This document shows, in pieces, positions 28,423 to 37,120 of a stretch of 64,000 nucleotides of DNA. This DNA comes from Lachnospiraceae bacterium UBA1683. Lineage in GTDB: Bacteria; Bacillota; Clostridia; Lachnospirales; Lachnospiraceae. Both the position numbers and the translations under genes were made by a program. The stretch spans positions 5,225 through 69,224 of the forward strand of contig DCKD01000044.1 in the NCBI GenBank assembly GCA_002320245.1, written 5' to 3'. Position 1 is the stretch's first letter; every line of letters begins with the position of its first letter. The notes beneath the pieces are model-generated. The model was not told the origin of the DNA, did not search any database, and saw only the letters and a list, made by a program, of their open reading frames with translations.

Positions 28423-28740
28423 ATGATGAGTAGAGAAGTCATGAAGAAAACAATATTACCGATGTCGTTTTTGGCAATCTGGATTTGGATCGCATATAAT
28501 TTTTGTACGTCTTTAGGACAGAATGAATGGTGGAAAATATGGATGGTTATTGGAAGGCCATACGGAATACATAGTCTGTGTGTATGGTTATTACCTAGGG
28601 ATTTTGATATAGGTGGAACCGCCGGAGTTTTGGTAATAAATATAATATTAGGTTGTTTGATTGGTGAAGTAGTGGTTATATGGTATGTATTACGTGCCGT
28701 TTATGTTTTATTTAAATATCTTGTAGACCTGTTAAGATAA
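28423..28740 (+). CDS. small hypothetical membrane protein
   Basis: 105 aa, about 3 predicted TMs, AT-rich. GGAGGG lies upstream. Confidence 0.5.
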   Translation: MMSREVMKKTILPMSFLAIWIWIAYNFCTSLGQNEWWKIWMVIGRPYGIHSLCVWLLPRDFDIGGTAGVLVINIILGCLIGEVVVIWYVLRAVYVLFKYLVDLLR

Positions 28741-28778
28741 ATAATTTCATGATTTTAAATTGTGTATAGATATTTATT

Positions 28779-28890
28779 GGCGTGCCGTCTCACTGGCTTG
28801 CGTACCATAAATTGATACAATGCACCCTTGGCAGTCAGAGGGTTCAAATTTAACGATTACCCATACTCAAAAAACGATAGGGTGCATTTG
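28779..28890. repeat. repeat A, copy 2
   Basis: Matches 15971-16082. The right arm of the hairpin has decayed (AGGGTTCAAATT). Confidence 0.9.
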
Positions 28891-28976
28891 GAAGAGGAAT
28901 GGAAAATTCCAAACTTGTATGTTATACTGGATACTGAAAATAACGAGACAAACATGAAGTTGTGAGGTGCATGAGT

Positions 28977-29177
28977 ATGAAAAAGTATGAATACAAATTT
29001 GTTGAAGTAAAGAAACAAGCAGGGTTAGCAGGCATTACGTTTGAAGAATGTAAAAAAGTAATAATTTCAGAAGCAGAACAAGGCTGGCGATTGAAACAAA
29101 TTGTTACGCCAATCAACGAGAAATCAGGGGTTAATAGTCCTGTATGTTATCAAATTATTTTTGAAAGAGAAGCATAA
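28977..29177 (+). CDS. DUF4177-domain protein
   Basis: MKKYEYKFVEV...EAEQGWRLKQIV...YQIIFERE fits the DUF4177 pattern as I recall it. Confidence 0.6.
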   Translation: MKKYEYKFVEVKKQAGLAGITFEECKKVIISEAEQGWRLKQIVTPINEKSGVNSPVCYQIIFEREA

Positions 29178-29206
29178 AATAAATTGGAAGTTATTGAGAG
29201 GTAATT

Positions 29207-29443
29207 ATGAAAATCGTAAAAATTTTATTATCTATTATGATAATACTTTTCGCTATATTAGAATTAGTAAAAATTCTTCCGCTTGATATAGCAAATCCTA
29301 TTATGCTTACATCCCTTGCCACTCTTTTACTGTTAAGAAGTGTAGAATATAAAAACAGCAGAGAAAAAAGAGGCTTTATTCTTACCTGTTTAACCGCAGT
29401 ATTTGTCTATGTTGTTGTGATTTATAATGTTTTTATAGGTTAA
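29207..29443 (+). CDS. small two/three-TM membrane protein (possibly DUF3953-like)
   Basis: 78 aa and hydrophobic. The family call is from memory only. Confidence 0.45.
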   Translation: MKIVKILLSIMIILFAILELVKILPLDIANPIMLTSLATLLLLRSVEYKNSREKRGFILTCLTAVFVYVVVIYNVFIG

Positions 29444-29543
29444 GAAAATTCCAGTTGATAGGGGAGCAACAGACAAAATGTTTGTTGCTTTTCTTTTTTG
29501 ATGAGAATATAAAATAAAACGATTACCACAAGGTTTGTTTAAG

Positions 29544-30078
29544 AAACTTATCAATATAGACCAATAAAGTTATCTTTCATGACAACGAATAATAAGAAAT
29601 CTATGGTAACATCCTACCCGTAGTGGTAAATTGTTCTACAGGAAAGGGTGCGAAACATGGAAAATGAAGTATACGAAAAGGACTATGGAGAAGAATTCCG
29701 GGAGAGAAGCGATAAGGCAAAGGGAAAGGATTTTCTGGACACCTTGATGGATGTTGGATTCTTTCAGGCGTATAAAGAAGAAATGGACAAAATCCCAAAG
29801 CGTGTGGTGCCCAAAGAAAAAGCGGATTATGAATACCTGCTTGGTGAGTGTGACGCTTACGTCAGGCAGTTTGGCGGAAAAATCCGGGGCGAGGTAGATT
29901 ACCAGAAATGGCAGGCTACCATTGATCTGTACCTGGAGCATTTTGAGTTTTGTGACCGGGAGGCGCTGGCGCTGCTAAAAGAGATCGCAGAGCGGGCGGA
30001 GAACGTGACGTTTTCGATGAAAGATGGGTTGCTTCGGATGTCGGTGTTTATTGGATATTTTGATGAGGTGTATTAAGC
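29544..30078. repeat. repeat B, copy 2
   Basis: Matches 16656-17190. Confidence 0.9.
29657..30076 (+). CDS. hypothetical protein (139 aa), paralog of 16769-17188
   Basis: Near-identical translation. Confidence 0.7.
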   Translation: MENEVYEKDYGEEFRERSDKAKGKDFLDTLMDVGFFQAYKEEMDKIPKRVVPKEKADYEYLLGECDAYVRQFGGKIRGEVDYQKWQATIDLYLEHFEFCDREALALLKEIAERAENVTFSMKDGLLRMSVFIGYFDEVY

Positions 30079-30085
30079 GGGATGA

Positions 30086-30443
30086 GAGCATCTGCTAGTG
30101 TGAGGACTGGCGGGTGCTTTTTTCTCACAGATATGGTATGCTGTTAGCATCAGCTTGGAGGTATGGAGCTATGGGCGATCAGCAGGATACATTGACTTAT
30201 GAAATTATCAAAGCGGCTGTTGCCGGGGAAAAGTGGGCAACGGAAAAAGTCATTGCACACTACGATTCTTATATTGAGAAACTTTCCACAGTGAAAGAAA
30301 AGCAGCCTGACGGCAGCGTGAGAACCTATGTGGATGAGGATTTGAAGCAGGAGATAGCATTGAAACTGTTGGAGGAGATACCGAACTTTTCGATGGAGGA
30401 AGCGGAGAGGACAGCGGAAGGGGAAACAGAGAAGGAGGAATAA
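30086..30443. repeat. repeat C, copy 2
   Basis: Matches 25003-25363. Here it directly abuts repeat B. Confidence 0.85.
30171..30443 (+). CDS. Tn916 orf8-like helix-turn-helix protein, copy 2
   Basis: MGDQQDTLTYEIIKAAVAGEKWATEKVIAHYDSYIEKL... Confidence 0.65.
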   Translation: MGDQQDTLTYEIIKAAVAGEKWATEKVIAHYDSYIEKLSTVKEKQPDGSVRTYVDEDLKQEIALKLLEEIPNFSMEEAERTAEGETEKEE

Positions 30444-30562
30444 AAGGGTGGGGTAAACTTCTGAAAAGAAGCCCCACCTTTTCGCGTGACTAAGAGGGTG
30501 TCTTGAACTTTACCTGCAAAACGAAAAATGTGGTTTTACCTTTTCGCAAAAGAGGTTTTATT

Positions 30563-30733
30563 GCTAACTTCCATAAATAATCCTACTCAAACCCTGTTAT
30601 TAGCTAAAACAAAAGGTTTTTAAGTTTTTTGCTGAATAACATACCTACTCATTTATCCACCAACAAAATTGCGAACAACTCAGTATTTATCAGGGTTTTA
30701 AGCGTTTGAGTAGGAAAATGATGGGAAGTTAGC
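30563..30733. repeat. 171-bp segment bounded by imperfect 34/43-nt inverted repeats
   Basis: Left arm GCTAACTTCC..CCTACTCAAAC..CCCTG. The right arm is its reverse complement, with blocks of 10, 11 and 5 identical nt and an 8-nt insertion. Confidence 0.7.
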
Positions 30734-30757
30734 ATTTATGTATCAGATAGGTTTCTA

Positions 30758-30805
30758 TTGACAAAAGGTAAAAGTACGTCTATACTGTACTTAACAAATA
30801 AGTAC
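30758..30805 (+). promoter_or_regulatory. promoter TTGACA-17-TATACT with overlapping AGTAC-rich operator palindromes (GTACTTA-5-TAAGTAC)
   Basis: -35 at 30758-30763, -10 at 30781-30786, and a perfect 7-bp inverted repeat at 30787-30805. This is the likely autoregulatory site of the GntR/YtrA-type repressor downstream. Confidence 0.6.
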
Positions 30806-30839
30806 GTTAAGTACAAAAAGTACGATTGAGGGGTGTTGT

Positions 30840-31211
30840 ATGGAGATTATCATAAGTAATAGCAGCGACAAACCCATATACGAACAGATATGTCTGCAAA
30901 TAAAGAGTCTGATTATGGATGGCACCTTGTCATCGGGAGAAGCACTACCGTCCATGCGTTCATTAGCAAAAGATTTGCATATTAGCGTTATAACTGTTCA
31001 ACGAGCCTATGAGGATTTAACTCGTGACGGTTTTATTGAAACCGTATCTGGCAAGGGAAGTTTCGTTGCATCACAAAACCGTGAATTCATACAGGAAGAA
31101 CAACTGCGGATAGCGGAGGAATTATTGCAGAAGGCTGCGGAGATTGGTCGAACTCATGGGATTCCTTATGAACAATTGGCTAACATCTTAAAACTATTTT
31201 ATGAAGATTAA
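30840..31211 (+). CDS. GntR-family (YtrA-subfamily) transcriptional regulator
   Basis: PIYEQICLQIKSLIMDG...LPSMRSLAKDLHISVITVQRAYEDL, with a short C-terminus as in the YtrA type. Confidence 0.88.
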   Translation: MEIIISNSSDKPIYEQICLQIKSLIMDGTLSSGEALPSMRSLAKDLHISVITVQRAYEDLTRDGFIETVSGKGSFVASQNREFIQEEQLRIAEELLQKAAEIGRTHGIPYEQLANILKLFYED

Positions 31212-31225
31212 TGTGAGGTAGAAAA

Positions 31226-32092
31226 ATGGAAGATAACAGTATTGTTGTTCGTGGATTAAGCAAAAGTCTTGGAGACTTTTTGCTGGATAATGTTTCATTT
31301 GAAGTCCCTAAAGGAAGAATTGTTGGCTTTATAGGCGAAAACGGAGCTGGGAAAAGCACCACAATCAATCTCATCTTAAATGAGTTGAAAAAGGATGCTG
31401 GTACAATTGAGGTGCTTGGTAAAGATAATATGACATTATCATTTAAAAATGAAATCGGAGTGGTCTTTGACGAGTGTAATTTCCATGAAGTATTTAATGC
31501 TGCGGATATAGGAAAAATCCTCTCTGGTGTGTATTCTACATGGGATAAGGGATTGTATCAGCGCTACTTGAAACAATTTAATCTTCCGGCAAACAAGCCC
31601 ATTGGTTCATTTTCAAAAGGAATGAAAATGAAACTTTCGATTATATGTGCGATGGCCCATAAACCTAAATTGCTAATTCTGGACGAAGCGACAACTGGCC
31701 TTGATCCGGTTGTAAGGGATGAAGTGTTGGATTTGTTTTTAGAATTTATTCAAGATGAAGAACATTCCTTGTTCTTTTCATCACACATAATTTCCGATAT
31801 TGAGAAGATTGCGGATTATGTCATTCTTATTCATCGGGGTAAAATTATATTTGAGGAGCAAAAGGATAATCTGATTTATAACTTTGGTATAGCGAAATGC
31901 AGACAGGAGCGTTTCACATCTGTTTCTTCAGATGATTATCTAATATACAGAAAGACGAACGTGTGCATGGAATGCTTGATTCCAGATAAAGATTCTTTTA
32001 GAAAAAAATACAAAGATGTTGTTGTTGATAACGCAACATTGGAAGATATTATGCTTTTTTATATCAAAGGAGGTGTCTCATGCAAGGATTGA
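31226..32092 (+). CDS. ABC transporter ATP-binding protein
   Basis: GENGAGKST, FSKGMKMKL and LLILDEATTGLD. Confidence 0.9.
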   Translation: MEDNSIVVRGLSKSLGDFLLDNVSFEVPKGRIVGFIGENGAGKSTTINLILNELKKDAGTIEVLGKDNMTLSFKNEIGVVFDECNFHEVFNAADIGKILSGVYSTWDKGLYQRYLKQFNLPANKPIGSFSKGMKMKLSIICAMAHKPKLLILDEATTGLDPVVRDEVLDLFLEFIQDEEHSLFFSSHIISDIEKIADYVILIHRGKIIFEEQKDNLIYNFGIAKCRQERFTSVSSDDYLIYRKTNVCMECLIPDKDSFRKKYKDVVVDNATLEDIMLFYIKGGVSCKD

Positions 32093-32712
32093 TTTATAAG
32101 GATGTGTGTCTTTTCTTCAAAAGCATTGAAAAGAGACTGCTGGTAATTGTGGGAGTAGTAATTATTTTTCTGATAGTTGAGGCAGGAAGTTATGCCGGGT
32201 TTATGGCATCAGTCATGTTGGCGATGACAGTTGGTATTCAAAGTGTTTTGAGTTTTGCAAGTGATGAAAAGGCAAATTGGAAAAAATATCAAATGTCTAT
32301 GCCTATAAGTAACTATGGTGTTGTGGCGAGTAAATATACTTCAATAGTTTTGATTCTGTTACCGTGCATCATGGGGAGTGTAATCTTAAATTTACTTTCC
32401 AGCGTTATATACAGCGAGTGGAATATAATGCTTTGGGAGCTATCTATTTTAGCTTCTATACTTGTTCCACTTATTTGGGCGGCAATTTGTATGCCATTGA
32501 CTTACTGGTTTGGGTTTCGATCAGCTCAGACAATGGGACTGATTTGTATATTTCCGATGATTTATTTTATCAAGTTTTTTGAAGACGGTCCAGGATTAAC
32601 TGCCTTACCGGATTCGATGGCATCTTACATTTTAGGGCTTTGTGTTATATGTCTGATATTGTTCTTTCTTTCGTTCCTTTTGAGTGTTGTTGGATATTCA
32701 AGAAAAAAATAA
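32080..32712 (+). CDS. ABC-2 transporter permease
   Basis: 210 aa, about 6 TMs. It overlaps the ATPase stop by 13 nt. Confidence 0.7.
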   Translation: MQGLIYKDVCLFFKSIEKRLLVIVGVVIIFLIVEAGSYAGFMASVMLAMTVGIQSVLSFASDEKANWKKYQMSMPISNYGVVASKYTSIVLILLPCIMGSVILNLLSSVIYSEWNIMLWELSILASILVPLIWAAICMPLTYWFGFRSAQTMGLICIFPMIYFIKFFEDGPGLTALPDSMASYILGLCVICLILFFLSFLLSVVGYSRKK

Positions 32713-32768
32713 CGAGAGGATATTGATGGCAGATAGGAGACCTTGGCTATTGAGTACTAAAATGGTGG

Positions 32769-33176
32769 GTGGTGATATTGGTTGGAACGATAGAAATTGT
32801 GATGAGGAAGATTGCTCCCTCCGGGAGCGTTTCAGAAACTGTCCTGGTTTCACTGCCGGGTGCGAAATCCCAGGAAACCACCCATAGTTCCGACATCCTC
32901 ACATTCCCCAACCTGGAAATCCGCATCAAAGAACAGATTGTCTACCACGATAACCACCCTGTCCCTCTCACCCACCATGAGTTCTTTACCTTACTCTACC
33001 TAGCCCAACATCCGTCTTGGGTTCTTAGCAAAGAGCAAATCTACGAAGCGGTCTGGAAAGCGGACCCGGAACATTGCGGAGCTGCGGTGGCGAATGTGGT
33101 GTATTCCCTTAGAAGGAAGATCGGAGATGGCTACATCGAAACTGTGGTTGGGAGCGGGTATCGGTTTGTGGGGTAG
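32769..33176 (+). CDS. orphan winged-helix DNA-binding protein, copy 2
   Basis: LTFPNLEIRIKEQIVYHDNHPVPLTHHEFFTLLYLAQHPSWVLSKEQIYEAVW...GSGYRFVG. The start is uncertain (GTG 32769 or ATG 32799). Confidence 0.75.
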   Translation: MVILVGTIEIVMRKIAPSGSVSETVLVSLPGAKSQETTHSSDILTFPNLEIRIKEQIVYHDNHPVPLTHHEFFTLLYLAQHPSWVLSKEQIYEAVWKADPEHCGAAVANVVYSLRRKIGDGYIETVVGSGYRFVG

Positions 33177-33301
33177 TATAATAGACAGGAAGTAGTAGCC
33201 TTTTGGGGGCAATGCTTCCTGTTCTTTTTTAATTTATATTTTACTATATGTAAGAAATATGTTATACTGAAAGTCAGAAATTTTGGGAAGGCGGTGAGCA
33301 G

Positions 33302-33520
33302 GTGGGAAAGAGTAAATACACATTTGATAGCAAGATCCATATATATCGAGCAACTAAGCGTATGACACAGCAGGAGCTTGCCGATTTGGTGGGTGTATCA
33401 CGGCAAACCATTATGCAGCTTGAACGAAACCGCTATAATCCGTCTATGTTGTTGTCATACAGTATCGCAAAGGTATTTGATGTTACAATCGAAGATTTAT
33501 TTGATTTCAAGGAGGAATAG
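33302..33520 (+). CDS. small XRE-family HTH regulator (YozG-like)
   Basis: MTQQELADLVGVSRQTIMQLERNRYNPSMLLSYSIAKVFDVTIEDLF. The apparent start is GTG. Confidence 0.8.
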   Translation: MGKSKYTFDSKIHIYRATKRMTQQELADLVGVSRQTIMQLERNRYNPSMLLSYSIAKVFDVTIEDLFDFKEE

Positions 33521-33522
33521 CT

Positions 33523-33861
33523 ATGCAGACATTTTATGAGTTTATCTGGAACTTGTTCAATAATAAAATGCTTTTCATTGTGGGCGCCTGGGCAGGGATA
33601 CCACTTACCCTTATATTGCTTATTATGTTTGCCCGAAAGAAAAATCGAGATGAGCGGGGATGGAAAATTATAGGTAAAGCCAGCATCATTTCTTTTATTT
33701 ACCTTATATTAGTGGTGAATCTTTTCGCAAAAATTTTGGGATATGTGGTAGATACCCATGAAGTACACTATCTTTTTGTAGGAAACGCAATTCAGTGGCT
33801 TTATGATACCGTGATAATAGTCGAAATCGTTGCTATGTTGATTTTAAGAAAAATTGAATAA
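33523..33861 (+). CDS. membrane protein partnered with the small XRE regulator
   Basis: 112 aa, about 4 TMs, starting 2 nt after the regulator's stop. Confidence 0.6.
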   Translation: MQTFYEFIWNLFNNKMLFIVGAWAGIPLTLILLIMFARKKNRDERGWKIIGKASIISFIYLILVVNLFAKILGYVVDTHEVHYLFVGNAIQWLYDTVIIVEIVAMLILRKIE

Positions 33862-34011
33862 CCTCACTTATTCCGAATGTGAATCCATCCCTCCCACGAT
33901 CATACGACCATAGGATGTTTGTGGAAGAAATTTTTATTTCAAAAAGTATGAAATAGTTTACATTATAAAAGAAATAAATTATAATAGCGGTGTCGAGAAG
34001 GAGGTGATAAT

Positions 34012-34302
34012 ATGGTCGGAACGGTTATCGAGAGTATCATAATTCTTGGCGCGATAGTTTCTTCTTATTTGCTTTTGAAGAAAAATCCATCAAAGGCGCG
34101 CAAAACATTTGCAATTTCCTTTGTACTTGCATTTGCTGTTATTATTGCATTTGCTCTTGCACAGCTTAGTGTACAATTCAAGTTGCTGGAAATTACGTTG
34201 TCGTATTCTCCAGTAGAGGTTCTTGCGCTTATGGCAATTGTTTATTGGATTGCCTTCGTGTCAGCAAAAGGAACACTTTTTGACAAAGTAATCGGAGCAT
34301 AG
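34012..34302 (+). CDS. small hypothetical membrane protein
   Basis: 96 aa, about 3 TMs, with GGAGG upstream. Confidence 0.5.
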   Translation: MVGTVIESIIILGAIVSSYLLLKKNPSKARKTFAISFVLAFAVIIAFALAQLSVQFKLLEITLSYSPVEVLALMAIVYWIAFVSAKGTLFDKVIGA

Positions 34303-34352
34303 TGTTTTAAGCTCTAATGTAATGAGGCGGTGATCTATATGGGAAAGTCATA

Positions 34353-34736
34353 GTGCTGACTGTATCTGATACGGAAGAACATATCTTTAACAAAGTGATG
34401 GCGGCTCTGACCGATGATACTGTATCAGTAATCCCCTATGAGTCGCCACAGCCTGTCCTCACCTTCCCCAACCTGGAAATCCGCACCAAAGAACAGACTG
34501 TCTACCACAATGGCATTCCCGTTCCTCTCACCAACCATGAGTTCTTTACCTTACTCTACCTAGCCCAACATCCATCCTGGGTTCTCTCGAAAGAGCAAAT
34601 CTACGAAGCAGTCTGGAAAGAAAACCCGGAGCATTGTGGGGCGGCGGTGGCGAATGTGGTGTATTCCCTTAGACGGAAGATCGGTAATGGGTACATAGAA
34701 ACGGTGGTTGGGAGCGGGTATCGGTTTGTGGGGTAA
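34353..34736 (+). CDS. orphan winged-helix DNA-binding protein, copy 3
   Basis: About 90% identical by eye to copy 2 over the last 90 aa or so. The start is uncertain (GTG 34353 or ATG 34398). Confidence 0.75.
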   Translation: MLTVSDTEEHIFNKVMAALTDDTVSVIPYESPQPVLTFPNLEIRTKEQTVYHNGIPVPLTNHEFFTLLYLAQHPSWVLSKEQIYEAVWKENPEHCGAAVANVVYSLRRKIGNGYIETVVGSGYRFVG

Positions 34737-35006
34737 AAGAACGTCCCGGAGGGGCTATTATAAATGCTGCTTTGGGACGTTCCCAAATTGAAAATATCGT
34801 TGAATTTGTACTAACAAAATGCTATAATGGCATTGATTTTACAGAATGAAAGAGGTGAGCTTATGCGTGCCAATAAAAAAGGTCAAAATGAAGAGTGGCT
34901 CCATGCAAAACCAGTAGACAGCGACATTTGCATGGAGTAATTAAGGTCGCTTAATGAATATGCTGGTTTTGCAACTTGACTATTTATAATCAAGGAGGAA
35001 GCCTGC

Positions 35007-35270
35007 ATGAAATATATGAATGCGAAAGATATTCTTCCGGACTTGCTGGTTAAGGAACTGCAGGGTTACATACAAGGAGGCTATATTTATATACCTGCGA
35101 GTGAAAATCAGCATCGACGCTGGGGAGAAGTATCTGGATATAAAGAGGAATTACGGCAAAGAAACATTGAGATAGTCAAAGCGTATAACAGTGGTTTTTC
35201 TATCGAATATCTTGCTGAAAAGTATTGTCTTTCCATTTCCAGTATTCGGAAGGTCATTTATCAGAAATAA
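35007..35270 (+). CDS. small DNA-binding-like protein (CD3324-family-like)
   Basis: AAGGAGG RBS. DILPDLLVKELQGYIQGGYIYIP...RNIEIVKAYNSGFSIEYLAEKYCLSISSIRKVIY. The family name is from memory. Confidence 0.5.
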   Translation: MKYMNAKDILPDLLVKELQGYIQGGYIYIPASENQHRRWGEVSGYKEELRQRNIEIVKAYNSGFSIEYLAEKYCLSISSIRKVIYQK

Positions 35271-35400
35271 TTAATAGAAGGGGCTGCTACATGCAGTCTC
35301 TTTTTTTACCCAAAACATTACCGAAACATTCTGTGGATTGCTATGATAAAAAAAGCCAGGTAAAATATGAGCAAACAACAGAAAGTATGAGGTAAATCAA

Positions 35401-36030
35401 ATGGCTAACTCGGAAAAAATATATCCTCGTTCAGGGGATAAAGAAACAGTGTATTTAAAACCGGTTATTTCAAATCCTAATATATCAGTTGGCGAATTCA
35501 CCATGTATAATGATTTTGTTAATGATCCGATGCGGTTTGAAAGAAATAGTGTGCTGTATCAGTACCCGATTAATCATGACAAATTGATAATCGGTAAATT
35601 TTGTTCGATTGCTTGTGGTGCGAAGTTTATTTTTAACAGTGCAAATCATACCTTATCTTCGGTTTCCACATATCCGTTTCCGATATTTTTTGAAGAATGG
35701 GGTTTGAATATCAAGGATGTTGCTGCTGCATGGGACAATAAAGGAGATATTATAATCGGCAATGATGTTTGGATTGGATATGAGGCAGTAATCATGGCTG
35801 GTGTTACCGTTGGTGACGGTGCGATTATCGGAACTCGTGCTGTTGTTACAAAAGATGTGCCACCATATACAATCGTAGGTGGTGTGCCAGCGAAACCAAT
35901 AAGAAAACGCTTTGACAATGAAACTTTAGATGAACTACTTAAAATAAGATGGTGGGATTGGCCAGAAGAAAAGATAGCAAGAAATATTCATGCTATCCAA
36001 TCTGGTTGTTTAAAACAGTTGCAAGGATAA
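35401..36030 (+). CDS. vat: Vat-family streptogramin A O-acetyltransferase (xenobiotic acyltransferase, hexapeptide repeat)
   Basis: The hallmarks run the full length: YPRSGDKETVYLKP..., IGKFCSIA, NHTLSSVSTYPF, IGNDVWIGYEAVIMAGVTVGDGAIIG, VGGVPAKPIRKRF and IRWWDW. Confidence 0.88.
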   Translation: MANSEKIYPRSGDKETVYLKPVISNPNISVGEFTMYNDFVNDPMRFERNSVLYQYPINHDKLIIGKFCSIACGAKFIFNSANHTLSSVSTYPFPIFFEEWGLNIKDVAAAWDNKGDIIIGNDVWIGYEAVIMAGVTVGDGAIIGTRAVVTKDVPPYTIVGGVPAKPIRKRFDNETLDELLKIRWWDWPEEKIARNIHAIQSGCLKQLQG

Positions 36031-36054
36031 GAAAAAGTGAGGGGAAAGAAGACT

Positions 36055-36333
36055 ATGTTAAAAAATGGGCGGTATGGAATGATAATGACAATGAAAGTTG
36101 TATCACTTCTTTTTCTGATAATATGTTGTATAGGCGGGATAATGGTAGTTTCTAATAAAGAAAAGTACGAAAGCAAAAATTACTCATTTTCTGACGCTAT
36201 GGACAAAAGTGAGTTTGAAAAAATGTTGGATATAAATGAAATTCCCTACAAAATACGTTCGACTGACACTATATCTGTAACAAAAGACTATATAGATGAG
36301 GCTGATAAAGTCTATGACATTATCTTTGAATAA
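36055..36333 (+). CDS. small hypothetical secreted/anchored protein
   Basis: N-terminal TM (VVSLLFLIICCIGGIMVV). I recognise no family. Confidence 0.45.
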   Translation: MLKNGRYGMIMTMKVVSLLFLIICCIGGIMVVSNKEKYESKNYSFSDAMDKSEFEKMLDINEIPYKIRSTDTISVTKDYIDEADKVYDIIFE

Positions 36334-36487
36334 AGTTGTAGGTTATGTAAAATTACCGATTGTCGCCCCTGTTCTTTTATACATAATGGGAAGGACAAGT
36401 CCGCAGACAAAATGAGGTTCGGTGGGCTGCGTTCCCATGCTCTCATTTCACTCTGGATTTCGTTTTGAAGTTTAGAGGTATTTTTAT

Positions 36488-36721
36488 GTGCAGCACAAGG
36501 AAGTAGGCGATCTCTCATTGGGAAATAATCAACCGGTGTATTGTGTTGCTGCATTTGGGTTGATAAGAAGTGCCATTATGTATTTCAAGATGTTACAGTT
36601 TGAGAATGACTTTGCATTTATCGTGAGATCCATATGGTTGTTAGCGGTTACGGGATATATGGGCCTAATGGCATACCAGGCGTATGCGTTAGAGAAAAAA
36701 TGGCGAGTGGCTGTAAAATAG
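36488..36721 (+). CDS. small hypothetical membrane protein (weak call)
   Basis: Non-ATG start with no clear RBS. It is retained only because it fills the gap on the cassette strand. Confidence 0.3.
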   Translation: MQHKEVGDLSLGNNQPVYCVAAFGLIRSAIMYFKMLQFENDFAFIVRSIWLLAVTGYMGLMAYQAYALEKKWRVAVK

Positions 36722-36749
36722 GTAACTCAAGAGTTAAAGGAGGGCGGAG

Positions 36750-37067
36750 ATGTTAATGCAAATGAATATAAAACGTCAACCTGTCATCCAGCGAGGTAAT
36801 CTTACCATTGATCCACAGTGCTGTACGGTCACATTGGCCGGACAGAAAATTAGTTTGTATCCCAAGGAATTTGATGTCCTACATTTACTTGTACAATATC
36901 CTGGTTGGGTGCTTTCTCCGGAACAGATTTATAAGGCTGTGTGGCAAGAAGATGCGATTGGTTGTGAGCGTGTGGTCTATAACGTGATTTGCCAGATTAG
37001 AAGGAAACTGAAGAACCCGGATTTGATCCAGACGGTTATTGGGCGAGGATATAAGTTTGTGGAATAA
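36750..37067 (+). CDS. orphan winged-helix DNA-binding protein, copy 4 (divergent)
   Basis: AAGGAGGG RBS. LYPKEFDVLHLLVQYPGWVLSPEQIYKAVW...VICQIRRKL...IGRGYKFVE. Confidence 0.8.
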   Translation: MLMQMNIKRQPVIQRGNLTIDPQCCTVTLAGQKISLYPKEFDVLHLLVQYPGWVLSPEQIYKAVWQEDAIGCERVVYNVICQIRRKLKNPDLIQTVIGRGYKFVE

Positions 37068-37120
37068 GTTAATCCCTCGGAGCAGTGAAAAGAACTGTCC
37101 AGGGGGATTTTTGCATATAA

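Noticed and set aside
32684-32887. 67-aa ORF overlapping the start of winged-helix copy 2.
   Set aside because: It is in a different frame from the conserved winged-helix gene, has no family features, and probably reflects uncertainty about that gene's start only.
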